A DNA stretch of 61,870 bases, counting the filler, from Limisphaerales bacterium (lineage in GTDB: Bacteria; Verrucomicrobiota; Verrucomicrobiia; Limisphaerales; SIBE01): the NCBI GenBank assembly GCA_044225505.1. It is 6 parts of 6 records of this genome, joined end to end, with 100 filler letters (N's around TTAATTAATTAA, not from the genome) between each part and the next. Parts side by side here need not be neighbours in the genome. Positions count along the whole stretch, not along the records: positions 1 to 10,375 come from JBGAIN010000225.1; 5 more parts are not named here. One strand, 5' to 3'. The notes below the pieces were generated by a model. The model did not search any database, was not told the DNA's origin, and was given only the letters and a program-made list of their open reading frames with translations. The translations under genes and the position numbers were made by a program. Shown one piece after another: positions 1 through 10,475 of this stretch (within the stretch, counting starts at the first letter, position 1; each line of letters starts with the position of its first letter).

Positions 1-2
1 TG

Positions 3-1967
3 ACGGTACGTGGGAGTGGGCGGGCGGGAGTTGGCTTGCACATCGGAATCGACTACGGGAACAAAGAGAACCTGTTCCCGACAGGCTGGGGCGTTTACGA
101 CCTCCGATTCGAGGACTTGAAGACCGGCGTTCTGGCCGGTGCGCCGAATTGCCAGTCGGAGGCCACTTACGAGCGTTGCACCTTTCGAAAGTGTGACGTC
201 GGGTTTGCGCTCAAGGACGCTAACACCGCCAATATCTGGATACGTCACAGCCTCTTCGAGGAGTGCGGCACCGGGATCACTGGCGGCTCTCACGGGACGG
301 TGCTCAACTGCGTATTCCGCCGGTCCCGGATCGTGGACATTGGCGGGGGCGACTGCGGTTACTACGGGGTGCGGAACTGCTATTCGGTGGGCTCCAGGCG
401 CTTTTTCGAAAATACGGACACTTTGGACGGCCGCCCCGCCGTGCTGCAAGGCAACCGCGTGATCGACCCGACCGACCCACACCCAATCGTGCTGACTGGG
501 GCTGGCCCGTTCACGGTGTTCGATAACGTCGTCCGCTCGACCGTCGGAGCCGACGGGCCGGTCATTGAGAGGGGCGCCAACAACAATGCGGCCGCGCTTT
601 TCATTGGCAACACGTTTACTGCCGGCAGGGCGGAGACTGCAATTCGGGTCCATGCCCCCGGGAGCAGTGGGCGGGTCATCGATACTCACGTCGTGGGACG
701 TGCCGAGGTGGATGCCTCCGAGCCGGAACTACCCCGGGCGTCGGAGCGCATGGCCGCCGAGGCCCCAAACGTTTACCAACCCGGTGGACTAACCGGGCAA
801 GCCATCCAGAACGCAATTGACCAGGCCGCAGCCGGTCACCTTAACGGGCTGGTCGTGGTCTACCTCAAGGGAGGCTTGTACCAGGTGGACTCGACCCTTC
901 TTATCCCACCGGCGGTGCAGCTCTACATCACCGGTGACGCCAGTAACTGGGGAGGCCCGGTCAGGTTAAAATGGGTCGGGGAAGGCAAAGGGCCGATGGT
1001 CAAGTTCATCGGGCCCGGGAACCGTGCGACCCTTGAGCATATGTATTTGGACGGCGCAGATCGCGCCGCCGGAATTGTGATCGACAAGGCCGACCAGAAG
1101 GGCGGGCGAGTTCTGATGGAACGGGTCCATAGTGAGATCTTCAGCCGGCCGGTTTCCGAGGTTGGCGTTATGGTCGATGGGCTGGACTGGTGCCGAATCG
1201 AAAGCTTTGGCGCGGGGCTCGCTGCAGAGACCTTTTTCCGGGTCGTCGGGGGGCCTCGAACGGCGGCCGGCCAAGAGACCACGGGCGGGCTGGTGGGCTG
1301 GAATGCCTGTTACGGCGGTGGCGGGAGCAACGTGCGGCCCGTTTTGGACGTGGATCGCGGCGGCCGGTTGCTGCTAGCCGATGTCTGGTTTGAGAACGGC
1401 GGCTGGCCACACCGCCAGCCGATCCTCGATTTGGGAGAGGGCAAATCCGGCACCGTTACGCTTCAGGGCTACAAGTTCCAGCATCATTCCAAGGGCGTCG
1501 GTCCGTCCACGAACCTGCGGCTCGACGGGTTCAACGGGAAAGTCAGCATCCTGAACCTGCTCCTCCAGAACGTGGTCGTCGAGATTGCTGGGGACAATCC
1601 CGGACAAAATGCACTGTTCGCTATGGAGCTGTGGGGCTGGGGCGATCCGAACGGCCAAGTGCCGAACACCAACTCCAAGGTGACTATTCGGACCAAGGCG
1701 GGGCGGACGGCAGTAATCAACTGCGCGCAACATTATCCGGACTGGGAAACGAGACCCGGCCGCGGCGTGTTCGCTCACACTTATCCGTTCCAATACCCCA
1801 CGGGAGAGCCGACCGATGATTGGCTACGAGGCATGCTCGCACACGCGCGCGCGCACCGGCCGGAGTTCGGGCTCTCCCCAGTTCCGACCATTGCCACCGA
1901 CGTGCGGCTCCGTTGGTTGGCGACCGACCATTTGGGTGACATCGCCGTTTGCATCAAAGCCGACTGA
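3..1967 (+). CDS. Right-handed beta-helix (pectate lyase 3 / GH28-related) protein, 5'-partial
   Basis: ORF is open to the window edge. It has repeated beta-helix turns (CTFRKCDVG, SLFEECGTG, CVFRRS) and a typical helix-cap segment 'TGQAIQNAIDQAAAG...VVYLKGGLYQVDSTLLIP'. Confidence 0.6.
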   Translation, partial: TVRGSGRAGVGLHIGIDYGNKENLFPTGWGVYDLRFEDLKTGVLAGAPNCQSEATYERCTFRKCDVGFALKDANTANIWIRHSLFEECGTGITGGSHGTVLNCVFRRSRIVDIGGGDCGYYGVRNCYSVGSRRFFENTDTLDGRPAVLQGNRVIDPTDPHPIVLTGAGPFTVFDNVVRSTVGADGPVIERGANNNAAALFIGNTFTAGRAETAIRVHAPGSSGRVIDTHVVGRAEVDASEPELPRASERMAAEAPNVYQPGGLTGQAIQNAIDQAAAGHLNGLVVVYLKGGLYQVDSTLLIPPAVQLYITGDASNWGGPVRLKWVGEGKGPMVKFIGPGNRATLEHMYLDGADRAAGIVIDKADQKGGRVLMERVHSEIFSRPVSEVGVMVDGLDWCRIESFGAGLAAETFFRVVGGPRTAAGQETTGGLVGWNACYGGGGSNVRPVLDVDRGGRLLLADVWFENGGWPHRQPILDLGEGKSGTVTLQGYKFQHHSKGVGPSTNLRLDGFNGKVSILNLLLQNVVVEIAGDNPGQNALFAMELWGWGDPNGQVPNTNSKVTIRTKAGRTAVINCAQHYPDWETRPGRGVFAHTYPFQYPTGEPTDDWLRGMLAHARAHRPEFGLSPVPTIATDVRLRWLATDHLGDIAVCIKAD

Positions 1968-2937
1968 CCGCGCCAGAAGATTCGATCTTGCGTGTGCTGT
2001 CGGCGGTTTGGACGAGCAGACCGTCGCACGCGGTTTCGACTGAAAGTCGGAGGGGCGGGGTGCCCTTAGGCCAGGCGACCAGAGCAACCTGGAATCGTGC
2101 CCCAGAGTCTCCGCCGAGCGTCGGATTGCCCGTCCCGTAGTTGCTCTGATTACCCAACAGGCTCGCAACCACCTCTTCGCCCAAACGCCAAACGCTGTTC
2201 GCGAAGGCGAAGCACTGGCATCTGGAACGTAACGCTCACGCGGCGATGTTCCTTAACGCCTGGTCACCGCGGATCCGTTCAAACCGTGAAGCCGCCACCC
2301 AGTCCAGGCACAAAGCAGCGTCCGAAGGTGGCCAAAGGAGCGCAAAATGAGCAAAGAGTTGCCGTCGTCAGATTATCCTCTGGTTCCTGAACCGTTGGAG
2401 GCAGAAAACGGACGCAATTCAGTTTCTTGAAGATCCTGATCCGTTCCAGAATGAAAACGGCCACATTTCCGTTCGCGGTGGATTTTGAACTGCAGGAAAC
2501 AGACGGCGGACTGATGGTCTTCGTAAGATGCGACACAGGGAAGCGGGAAATACAGATCGAATGGCCAATCATCGGCTCGTGGATGCACCACGGGCGAAGA
2601 GTGGCGAAATCATGAAAGGTAACAACAATCGTCGATGTAACAGCCGTTCGCCGACGTGTAAACCATTGAGAATCATGGCTGGTCAGGCGTCAATTATTGA
2701 GACGAGGATTCGATTCCAACGGAGCCGCAAAACCGAGTCCCTTACGCCCCGGTTGCTCCTGGGAAATGCGCTCCCCCACCGCAGCACTGGATTGCAGTAG
2801 TGCAGTAGCCTCGCCGGTCGGCTCGCGAAGAGAATTTTCGAAAAGGTGGCCAGCCGCCCGAACGTCCCGTTCGTCTCCGATTTTCAGACCCGGACTTTGG
2901 CGAGGGTTCGATTTCCCGATTCGGTTGTCCTGAGCGC

Positions 2938-4656
2938 ATGCTTTCAGTAGGATTTTGGCGCATGTCATCCCGACGGAAGTTCGGCTGGAGTTGCGCCGTA
3001 TCTGCTTTGATAGGCGCTGGCAGTATCATCGTCATTTGCGGTTTTGTCTTGCGGTGCATGGCCAGTGATCTCCGGGTGCTCTGGCACTCGCAACCGGTGA
3101 AGCCCGGGCAATCCGTCATGATTTATGGCGATGAGCTCGCCGACGCCAAAGTGGTCGGAGGATGGCTGGACGAGAGTCCCGCCGGAATGCCCGGTGACGA
3201 CAAGGGGGTGGTTGCAGACATCAAGTCCCGACCTTTGACGGTCATTCTAGGTCTCGCAGCCGACGCCCAACGAACGTCGGCCGACGCTTCCCCGGGACCC
3301 GTCGTCCAATGGTGGATGTCCTCTGAGGATCTACAGACCCGATTGACGCCGCAGCCCGAACGGCGCTTCAGTCCCGGCGAGGCGTCCGGGAAAGACGTCG
3401 TCCGAGTGGATGACGCGGCGACATTTCAAAGTGTGCTTGGCTTGGGTAGTTCGTTCGAGCACAGCACCTGCTACAACCTGAGTTTGCTGCCGGAGGCTCA
3501 GCGCGAGCGCGTGATCGAGAGTCTCGTCCATCCCGACCGCGGGATTGGCATGAACCTCATGCGCATTTGCATCGGCACGTCAGACTTCGCGCCCGGACCG
3601 TTCTACACCTATGACGACCTGCCGTCTGGTCAGGAAGATCCCCGGCTCGATCGCTTCTCGATCGACCGGGATCGTGAGTATGTGCTGCCGGTCCTCAAGG
3701 CGGCTCAACGGCTGAATCCCCAGCTTCGGTTCTTCGCGTCGCCTTGGACTCCGCCGCCGTGGATGAAGACCAATGGCCGATATGGCGGCGGCTCGCTCCG
3801 CCCTGAGTGTTACCCTTACTTTGCCGAATACCTCGTGCGCTTCATCGAGGCCTACCGCCGCGAGGGGATCGACGTCCACGCCCTGACCGTTCAGAACGAA
3901 CCGGAGTTCGGTCCGGAGGCGTATCCGAGCTGCCTCTGGACGGGGAAACAGCAACGGGACTTCATCCGTGACCACCTCGGGCCTCTGTTTCGAGTACGCC
4001 AGATCAAAACGCTCATCTGGGTGTTTGACCACAATTTCAATCACCCGAATTTCCCGGCCACGATTCTCCGCGATCCGCAGGCCGCGCAGTATGTCGACGG
4101 TAGCGCATTTCACCTCTACGAAGGCAAACCCGAGGCCATGTCGAAACTCAAGCGAGAGTTCCCGGACAAATCCATCTACTTCACCGAAGGTTCGGTTTAC
4201 GGTGCGAAAGGCGCGGTCGACATCATCAGCTACTTCCGCAATTGGTCGCGCAGCTACAACGCCTGGGTGACAATGATCGATCACCAGGGCAAACCCAACG
4301 TGTCCGGATTCCACGAATGCGACCCGACGATTATTGTGCTGAATCGCGAGACGCTCAAAACCGAATACCGAGCGGATTACTATCTCTACGGCCAGTTCAT
4401 GAAGTTCATCGCGCCGGGTGCGGTGCGCGTCGCCACCTCCGACGGCGCCGCTGTTCCCGCCAACGTGGGCTTCAAGAACCCGGACGGGAGCCTGGTGTTG
4501 GTAGTAGCCAACCCCGAGTCGAAGCCGCGAGGGCTCACCGTAGCGTGGCGGGGCCAAGTGTTCGCTGCGACCTTGAGCGCCAAGGCCATGGCGACTTTTC
4601 GCTGGGCGGGCAAGGGCCAGGGTCTCAGTTCAGGTCCGGATCATCACATCAAATAG
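2938..4656 (+). CDS. Glycoside hydrolase family 30 (glucosylceramidase/beta-1,6-glucanase-like); start uncertain, N-terminus possibly chimeric
   Basis: Motifs GIGMNLMRICIGTSDF, FFASPWTPPPWMKTN, TVQNEP (acid/base), AFHLY, IYFTEG (nucleophile), YYLYGQFMKFIAPGAVR, FKNPDGSLVLVVAN. Confidence 0.9.
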   Translation: MLSVGFWRMSSRRKFGWSCAVSALIGAGSIIVICGFVLRCMASDLRVLWHSQPVKPGQSVMIYGDELADAKVVGGWLDESPAGMPGDDKGVVADIKSRPLTVILGLAADAQRTSADASPGPVVQWWMSSEDLQTRLTPQPERRFSPGEASGKDVVRVDDAATFQSVLGLGSSFEHSTCYNLSLLPEAQRERVIESLVHPDRGIGMNLMRICIGTSDFAPGPFYTYDDLPSGQEDPRLDRFSIDRDREYVLPVLKAAQRLNPQLRFFASPWTPPPWMKTNGRYGGGSLRPECYPYFAEYLVRFIEAYRREGIDVHALTVQNEPEFGPEAYPSCLWTGKQQRDFIRDHLGPLFRVRQIKTLIWVFDHNFNHPNFPATILRDPQAAQYVDGSAFHLYEGKPEAMSKLKREFPDKSIYFTEGSVYGAKGAVDIISYFRNWSRSYNAWVTMIDHQGKPNVSGFHECDPTIIVLNRETLKTEYRADYYLYGQFMKFIAPGAVRVATSDGAAVPANVGFKNPDGSLVLVVANPESKPRGLTVAWRGQVFAATLSAKAMATFRWAGKGQGLSSGPDHHIK

Positions 4657-4659
4657 ATC

Positions 4660-6191
4660 ATGAGCACACTTTCTCCAACCCCCACGCATTTGGCGATCAC
4701 CGAGGCATGGAGGCACGCGGGGGCTCTCCTCTGCTGTCTGATCGTCCTCCACGCAACTGCCAGCGCAGGATCACTGACCATCGAAGGCGTTCATGTCGTC
4801 CCGCACGTCCAGTCGACCGAGATGCGTTTCCGGCAGAAGCCCGACTTCAGCCTCGGTGCGCGGGTCGAGGTCTTCCTGCGGAACACTTCCCAGGAAACGC
4901 TGGCCATCCGTGCCACGACCGATGTTCGTGTGCGTGGGCGGACGCCCGAGGATCTGTTGAAGGCCGATGAATGGGCGTGGCACGACTTGCCGTCGGTGTG
5001 GGGCGGCGAGCCACTACGTGTGCCGCCTGGTGCGATGACGGTGTGGAGCTGGAACGGCAAACGGGCCCTGTGGGGCACGAACACCCAAGCCGAATTGGCC
5101 GTGACCCTCCCCGGGGCCGGCGGCCTGGATCGGCTGGCCGTGCCGATCGACAACTTCCCGCCTGGCTGTCCGCTGTGACGTTTCTCGGCACGGGAACCAA
5201 TGTTCAGCCAGACTCCTTGCTCTTCCACGTGGCCAATGACAGTTCCAGCCCGCTGCGACTCGAAGCCTGCCGACTGTGGCTGCCGGAGAATAACGCCACA
5301 TGGCGCGCGCTCATCGCCCAGCCGTGGCTTAGCAACCGCCTCGATCGCTTCCCGACCGACGGTATCGTTCCGGCGAAGAACCGAGGCGGAGCGAGCGTTA
5401 ACACCGGCCCGTTGCCGCTTACCTACGCCACACTGGAGGTGCGCTTGGTCGACGCCGCCGGAAAACCGTTCACCGTCTGGACCCACCAACGCATCAAACG
5501 CGAGCTGTTCGACATCAGCGGCGGCTGGGTGGCCTCGAGACTAGGGTCCAGCAACACCTTGCAAGCAGTGCCGTATCTGCAAACGCTGAGCCGGATGCAC
5601 ATCAACGCCGGCATGCACGAGCATGTGCCGGGGTATTCTGACACGCCGCTCTTCGACAAGTATCCGCTCAAATACATGAACCGCATGCAACCCTTTGCGC
5701 GGTATGACACCGACTCGATGCTCCCGCGCATCCATGCCGTGGAGTTCCTGGGCGAGCCGCAGTATGGTGGTGGCAAACCCGTTTCGCCGCAGGATTGTTG
5801 GAAGGCTTTCTCGTCCTACGCGCTGTTTGCGCTCGACCGGGCCTACACTCCGGACCCGGAGGAACGCGTTTTCAGATTCGGCCCGCCGCGGGAGGTCACT
5901 TTTCTCTTTCCGTTGCCTGCCTATCTTCGAGCGCCAGCTGAAATCTTCCGCGTGGATGCCGACGGTGTCACACAGGTTAAGCATCAGGTGGATGCAGGAG
6001 ATGTGGAGATCCGCGACCGCGTCAGCCGCGCGGCGATTCATGTGGTGGCGGCGAAACCGGGGGAACGAGCCCGCATCGAAACGCGACGGCAGGCCCTGAT
6101 TGCCGGGGAGAACGCCCTCGGTTTTGATCCGGCTGGGACGCCCGCAGACCTGGCCGTGTTGCAGGAGATGCTGCGAAAGGCGGAGAAATGA
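4660..6191 (+). pseudogene. Secreted hypothetical protein split by a frameshift near 5155, with a probable internal deletion near 5820
   Basis: ORF 4660-5178 (signal-peptide-like start) continues in another frame as 'PAWLSAVTFLGTG...' to 6191. Coding-like codon bias on both sides of the shift. Confidence 0.65.
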
Positions 6192-6799
6192 AAAAGTTCG
6201 CCGTCGTTCTCCTCACGATCCTGTCCGTCGCCGTCGCGGTGGTCTCCCTGCGCTACTTTCTGGCTCCGGACACCGCACCCCTGCTGAAGCTGAAAAGTGG
6301 TGTTTACCGCGCTGCGTTGCTGGTCCATGCCGCAGCGGCCTTGATCGCTCTGGCCGTTGGGCCGTTCCAATTCTCCGGGCGGCTTCGTCTGCGCTTCCAG
6401 GTGGCCCACCGTCGTCTGGGGTATCTCTACTTCGCCGGTGTCTTTGTGGGTGGTTCGGTGGCCCTTTTCTCCGCCACAGGTGCGGAGGGCGGCTTGTCGT
6501 CGCGCACGGGCTTTTTCCTTCTCGGTCTGTGCTGACTCACCAGCGCCTGGACCGCGCTTTCCGCCATCCGCCGGGGAGATGTGGCAGCGCACCGCCGCTG
6601 GATGATCCGAAACTTCGCTCTCACCTTCGCCGCAGTGACGCTGCGCCTGTGGTTGCCCGCGTTCCAGGCCGCCAGCGGTTCGTTCTTGGATGCCTACCGC
6701 ACCGTTGCCTGGCTGTGCTGGGTGCCGAACGCCATCGCGGCCGAGATCATTCTTCGCGCCAGACCTTCAGGTGACAGACACGATGGACGTGCAGTTTGA
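6188..6799 (+). pseudogene. DUF2306-family membrane protein with an in-frame TGA at 6533-6535
   Basis: ORFs 6188-6535 and 6581-6799 share a frame. Motifs 'HRRLGYLY' and 'HRRWMIRNFALTFAAVTLRLW...YRTVAWLCWVPN'. The junction reads GLC*LTSAWTA. Confidence 0.8.
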
Positions 6800-7261
6800 G
6801 ATGAGCGGGATTGACGCGCCGACCACGAAACCCACGAACGGACTCGCGAGAAGAGGATAAGGACCGTGAAACACCTTCTCGCCGCTGCCCGGATCCTCTG
6901 ACTCTATGAAGCTCGTCCCAATCATCCTCATCCTTTAATAGAGTCTGGTGTCACCGAAGGAAAGTTCTGACGGGGAGACGCTTGCTGAAATTACTAACGT
7001 TAACGAACAGGCTTGCGGACGGTTTTGGACGACGGTTTTGAGCTGTAGCCAAGCCTCAAGCGGCGGTGGAATGGGTGCATGCCACGGGCCACGGTTCGCT
7101 GGGAGGCAGTGGCGTGTTCTATCGGACCTACCGGTGATTTATCGGGCTGCATCGACTCCGCAGGATTTGATTTGGAATGACCTTCCTGCAGGCCCGCGGT
7201 TGTTAATGGCGACACGCAGCTGACGATCGGTCGTTGTGACTGACCCGAGTGATGACTGTCG

Positions 7262-8848
7262 TCAGTCTTTATCCGGTTCCCAGATACGGCTTTTCTGTGC
7301 TTCGCGGAAGCCTTGGTTGGCTGGCCTGAGCTTCCAAATCTCGATGGTCTTGAGCGTGATGGGAACACCAATCGTGAACGCCGTGAGGTCCGGCTTGCTT
7401 CCGTATGCAGCGAATGAGGCGATCATGGCTTGACGGTCATTGGCAAAGACTTCGATTAGATATTTGTCGATGAAGATTCGCAACTCGACCGGTTGGCCTT
7501 GGGGAAGGTCCGCAATGGAGAAAGGCGCCTCCGTGGTGCCAACACGCAGGCTGCTATTCTCGGGACGGAACAAAATGGGAAGGCCGCCGCCTTGGCCATC
7601 GGAAAAGAGGGTGAAACCAAAAAGCTTTCGCTCAGCTTGATCGCGCGCAACGGTGATGCGCAGTTCGAAGGCGTCTCCATCCAACGTTGCGATTTTTCTG
7701 CCGGCAGGGGCGGAGGTGCCCGGCACGTCGCGGCTGGGTCCGTCGACGGTGAGGTTGGCCAGAACGACAGGGTCATAGCGGAGCGTTGCAAGTTCGCGCA
7801 GGGGTTTGATGCGCAAAATGCCGTCCTCTGGCAAGCTCAGTTCTCGCGGAAGGGATTGGATGGTTCGGCTGTCCATTTTGCCGTCAGACCGGCCGAGGGT
7901 CGCGAGCCAAGCCCACATCACGCGACGGCCATCGGCCGCTAGCAAGCTTTCCGGCGCAAAGAAATCCACCCGCCACTGCCTGGTGCCAAAGAGGCTCTGC
8001 TCTTCCCGGCGCCAGTTCATGCGGCCGTGGGTTTGTGGGACGAACTGCTCACTCCGGCTATCCCAGTCGCCAAGGTAATAGCGGCAGCCGGTTGAATGGC
8101 TGATGCACAGCAGCATCCACTTGCTTCCGAGGGGGAAGAAGTTGGGGCAGGAGATATCCTCTCCCAGGGCGACGTCGGGCAGGTCATGACGGAGAAAGAG
8201 ACCGACGGGCGTCCAGGTCTTAAGATCCTTCGATTTCAGCAGTGGCACCTTTTCGCCCCCGGATAAGGCATAGTAGGTGTCGCCAATGAGAAAGCAGTCC
8301 GGGTCCCAATGATTGATTCTTGCTTCGGAGCCATCGGCGTTTCGCACGTCGACCGGATAGGGTTTCTCCCATGCGGAGAGTTGCTGGTCTTTTGCGATGG
8401 AGATCTGATTTCTTCCCGATCCCTGGCCGTGGTAGATGGCGGCGGGTTTGCCCTCTTTGGTAAAGAAACCGGTGCCGCTGAACATGCCGTGCCCCGTGAA
8501 GGAAGGCTGCAGTTTCGTCGGCTGCCAGGTCCAGTGCAGCATGTCCTGGCTGGTGACGTGGACGAAGGAGAAAGAGCCTTTTCCCTTCCACGGATGGGCC
8601 AGGATGTAGTGCAAATGATAAGTTCCATCCAGGTAATAAGCCGCGTTCGGATCGCCTGGCAAACTGTCTCCTCCCGGGTGCATGAGGTGGTAGTTTAGCG
8701 CGAAGTCTTCGGTGACCCTGGCCGGTTCAGGCGGCTTATCGTCGGCGCGGAGCCAGGCCGGCAGAGCTAACCAAACCGCAGTAAGAAGCGTGAGACAGAG
8801 CGCAACCCGGGAAGGACGGGTGGACGCAGAGACTTTCGGAGAGGTCAT
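7262..8848 (-). CDS. Glycoside hydrolase family 32 (beta-fructofuranosidase-like), secreted
   Basis: GDPNAAYYLDGTYHLHYI, MFSGTG, WDPD, SCPNFFPLG, QSLPREL and C-terminal LRIFIDKYLIEVFAND. The ATG at 8848 overlaps the upstream stop (ATGA) and precedes a signal peptide. Confidence 0.85.
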   Translation of the reverse strand: MTSPKVSASTRPSRVALCLTLLTAVWLALPAWLRADDKPPEPARVTEDFALNYHLMHPGGDSLPGDPNAAYYLDGTYHLHYILAHPWKGKGSFSFVHVTSQDMLHWTWQPTKLQPSFTGHGMFSGTGFFTKEGKPAAIYHGQGSGRNQISIAKDQQLSAWEKPYPVDVRNADGSEARINHWDPDCFLIGDTYYALSGGEKVPLLKSKDLKTWTPVGLFLRHDLPDVALGEDISCPNFFPLGSKWMLLCISHSTGCRYYLGDWDSRSEQFVPQTHGRMNWRREEQSLFGTRQWRVDFFAPESLLAADGRRVMWAWLATLGRSDGKMDSRTIQSLPRELSLPEDGILRIKPLRELATLRYDPVVLANLTVDGPSRDVPGTSAPAGRKIATLDGDAFELRITVARDQAERKLFGFTLFSDGQGGGLPILFRPENSSLRVGTTEAPFSIADLPQGQPVELRIFIDKYLIEVFANDRQAMIASFAAYGSKPDLTAFTIGVPITLKTIEIWKLRPANQGFREAQKSRIWEPDKD

Positions 8849-9750
8849 TTTGGAGTCCAAACACTGATTTTGTCGGCGGTCGGGAAAGCGGGCGAGATTG
8901 GAATCGTTACTCGGTCGGTGGCGGCCCATTCGGCGCCGCGGGTGAGCGTGGTGACGAATCCGACGTCTTTCATTGATTCCACTTCATGGCCCATCGTGGT
9001 ATGGAAGACACGACCCTTGCCATAGCTGATTGTCATGAGGATTGGCTCGTCTTGGTGAGTGGTGTCAGACTTGGCCGTGGCCAGAACGGTGACGTTTTGG
9101 GCTGGACCAGCCAGCATCGAGTAAAGTTCATCCCGGGTGTGTAGCCACGCCGACGGAAGGCCCTTTGTGATGGGATGTTCGGAGTTGCGCAATTCAACCT
9201 CCCACGAGAAAAATTTGCCGTGTGTTCCCCGGTTCCCTGGACTTCCAATCTCCAGAACCTGCTTGCCATCGCGCCACCGAATCATCGGGCCGGAATCCTG
9301 AGTGCGTTCGCCCCAGCCACCGACGCCGATCATCTTGTTGAATTCCACCCAACTCGGGAAAGAGTTATCCGCGGCGTGAACGCTCACAAGACCGCCGCCG
9401 TTTCGGATGTAATCCTCAAACGCCGTCATCGTCGACCGAGTCCAACTGTCGCCATTATAGTTTAGAATGACGACGTTATACCTGGCGAAGGCTGGCTTGA
9501 AACGCTCCATGTCTTGGCCTGGCGCGGGGCTGGTCGCGACTTCCACGATAAATAGCCCCGAATCCTCCAGAGCCGCACGTAACATCGGAGTGGTGGCCCG
9601 CCAATTGTGATTGTTCTGGCCATCGACGATAAGAGCTTTGATGGCTTCAGCGGCCGCGGCGAGTTGCGCGCCAAAGAGAAGCAAGGTGCTGAGGGTGACG
9701 GCGGCAAAGCGATGGCCCTTTGCGGAAGTTGTATTCACGTTTCGTTTCAA
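8845..9750 (-). CDS. ThuA-like (trehalose utilisation) domain protein, secreted
   Basis: ALIVDGQNNHNW, GGGLVSVHAADNSFPSW, HPITKGLP, DELY, YGKGRVFHTTMGH, RGAEWAAT. Confidence 0.88.
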   Translation of the reverse strand: MKRNVNTTSAKGHRFAAVTLSTLLLFGAQLAAAAEAIKALIVDGQNNHNWRATTPMLRAALEDSGLFIVEVATSPAPGQDMERFKPAFARYNVVILNYNGDSWTRSTMTAFEDYIRNGGGLVSVHAADNSFPSWVEFNKMIGVGGWGERTQDSGPMIRWRDGKQVLEIGSPGNRGTHGKFFSWEVELRNSEHPITKGLPSAWLHTRDELYSMLAGPAQNVTVLATAKSDTTHQDEPILMTISYGKGRVFHTTMGHEVESMKDVGFVTTLTRGAEWAATDRVTIPISPAFPTADKISVWTPK

Positions 9751-9822
9751 TCTGGGAGAACACTGTGGATAATGTCAATGGTGCGGTCGTGCCTTGCCAG
9801 GCTTCGGCAAACAAACCCTGCT

Positions 9823-10188
9823 TTAAGCGTCCGCATGCTCAGGGTACGCACCGATGATCACGCAACTGCTGCGGAATGTCGCCGCGGACCAGCCAAAATT
9901 GTCGTAGGCCGCAGGAGTGGGATTGATGAAAGTGGCCAGAGATATTCCATTGGTGGTGAACAGGTACACTCCGCCGGGAAATGGCGGTGGGTAATTGACA
10001 TTCGCGAGTCCGCTGATGATCCCCCGATCATTTCCCATCGCCGCCACCGCCCCGCCGAACAGGCCAAAGTTCGACGGCGTGGGAGTGATGATGGTAGTCA
10101 ACAGGACAACGGAGTTGGCTTGCACGAAGATGGACGCGGAAGACAACAAGAGTGCAGTGACTTGAAACGACGCTTTGGTTGAATTCAT
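9823..10188 (-). pseudogene. Truncated FG-GAP (integrin-like beta-propeller) repeat protein
   Basis: Signal peptide, then about two FG-GAP-like repeats (FGGAVAAMG...GGVYLFTTNG; DNFGWSAAT...VIIGAY) and an early stop after ~120 aa. Confidence 0.6.
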
Positions 10189-10375
10189 GGTGACGCGTGG
10201 ATGCGATAGAACTGTTGCGCCGCGCTCAGCCCGTTGGTCAGGGTTTGTTGCTGGAGCCCGCCCGTTCCGACATTGGTGGTGCCTTGAATCGTGGTCCATT
10301 CGCCCGAAGCCAAGTCGGCACGGTTTTGAATGGCATAACGTTGTCCGGACACTGAAGTAAAACTCAGGCGCAGGT
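10185..10375 (-). CDS. C-terminal end of an extracellular protein ('FYR' module), 5'-partial; not in the ORF track
   Basis: Manual translation LRLSFTSVSGQRYAIQNRADLASGEWTTIQGTTNVGTGGLQQQTLTNGLSAAQQFYRIHASP*. The stop overlaps the ATG of the next gene (ATGA). Confidence 0.75.
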
Positions 10376-10475
10376 NNNNNNNNNNNNNNNNNNNNNNNNN
10401 NNNNNNNNNNNNNNNNNNNTTAATTAATTAANNNNNNNNNNNNNNNNNNNNNNNNNNNNNNNNNNNNNNNNNNNN
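10376..10475. other. Artificial contig linker
   Basis: N44-TTAATTAATTAA-N44 (stops in all six frames). Confidence 0.99.

Noticed and set aside
1968..2937. Structured RNA or small genes in the ~1-kb spacer
   Set aside because: No recognisable riboswitch consensus, and the short ORFs lack supporting features.
6800..7260. Ninth copy of the FYR module ('...GSGVFYRTYR*')
   Set aside because: It needs a frameshift and lacks the upstream consensus, so it was not counted.
10376..10475. TTAATTAATTAA repeated every ~10 kb as a biological motif, and operons spanning these points
   Set aside because: Always embedded in N44 pads: an assembly linker. Adjacency across linkers is meaningless.
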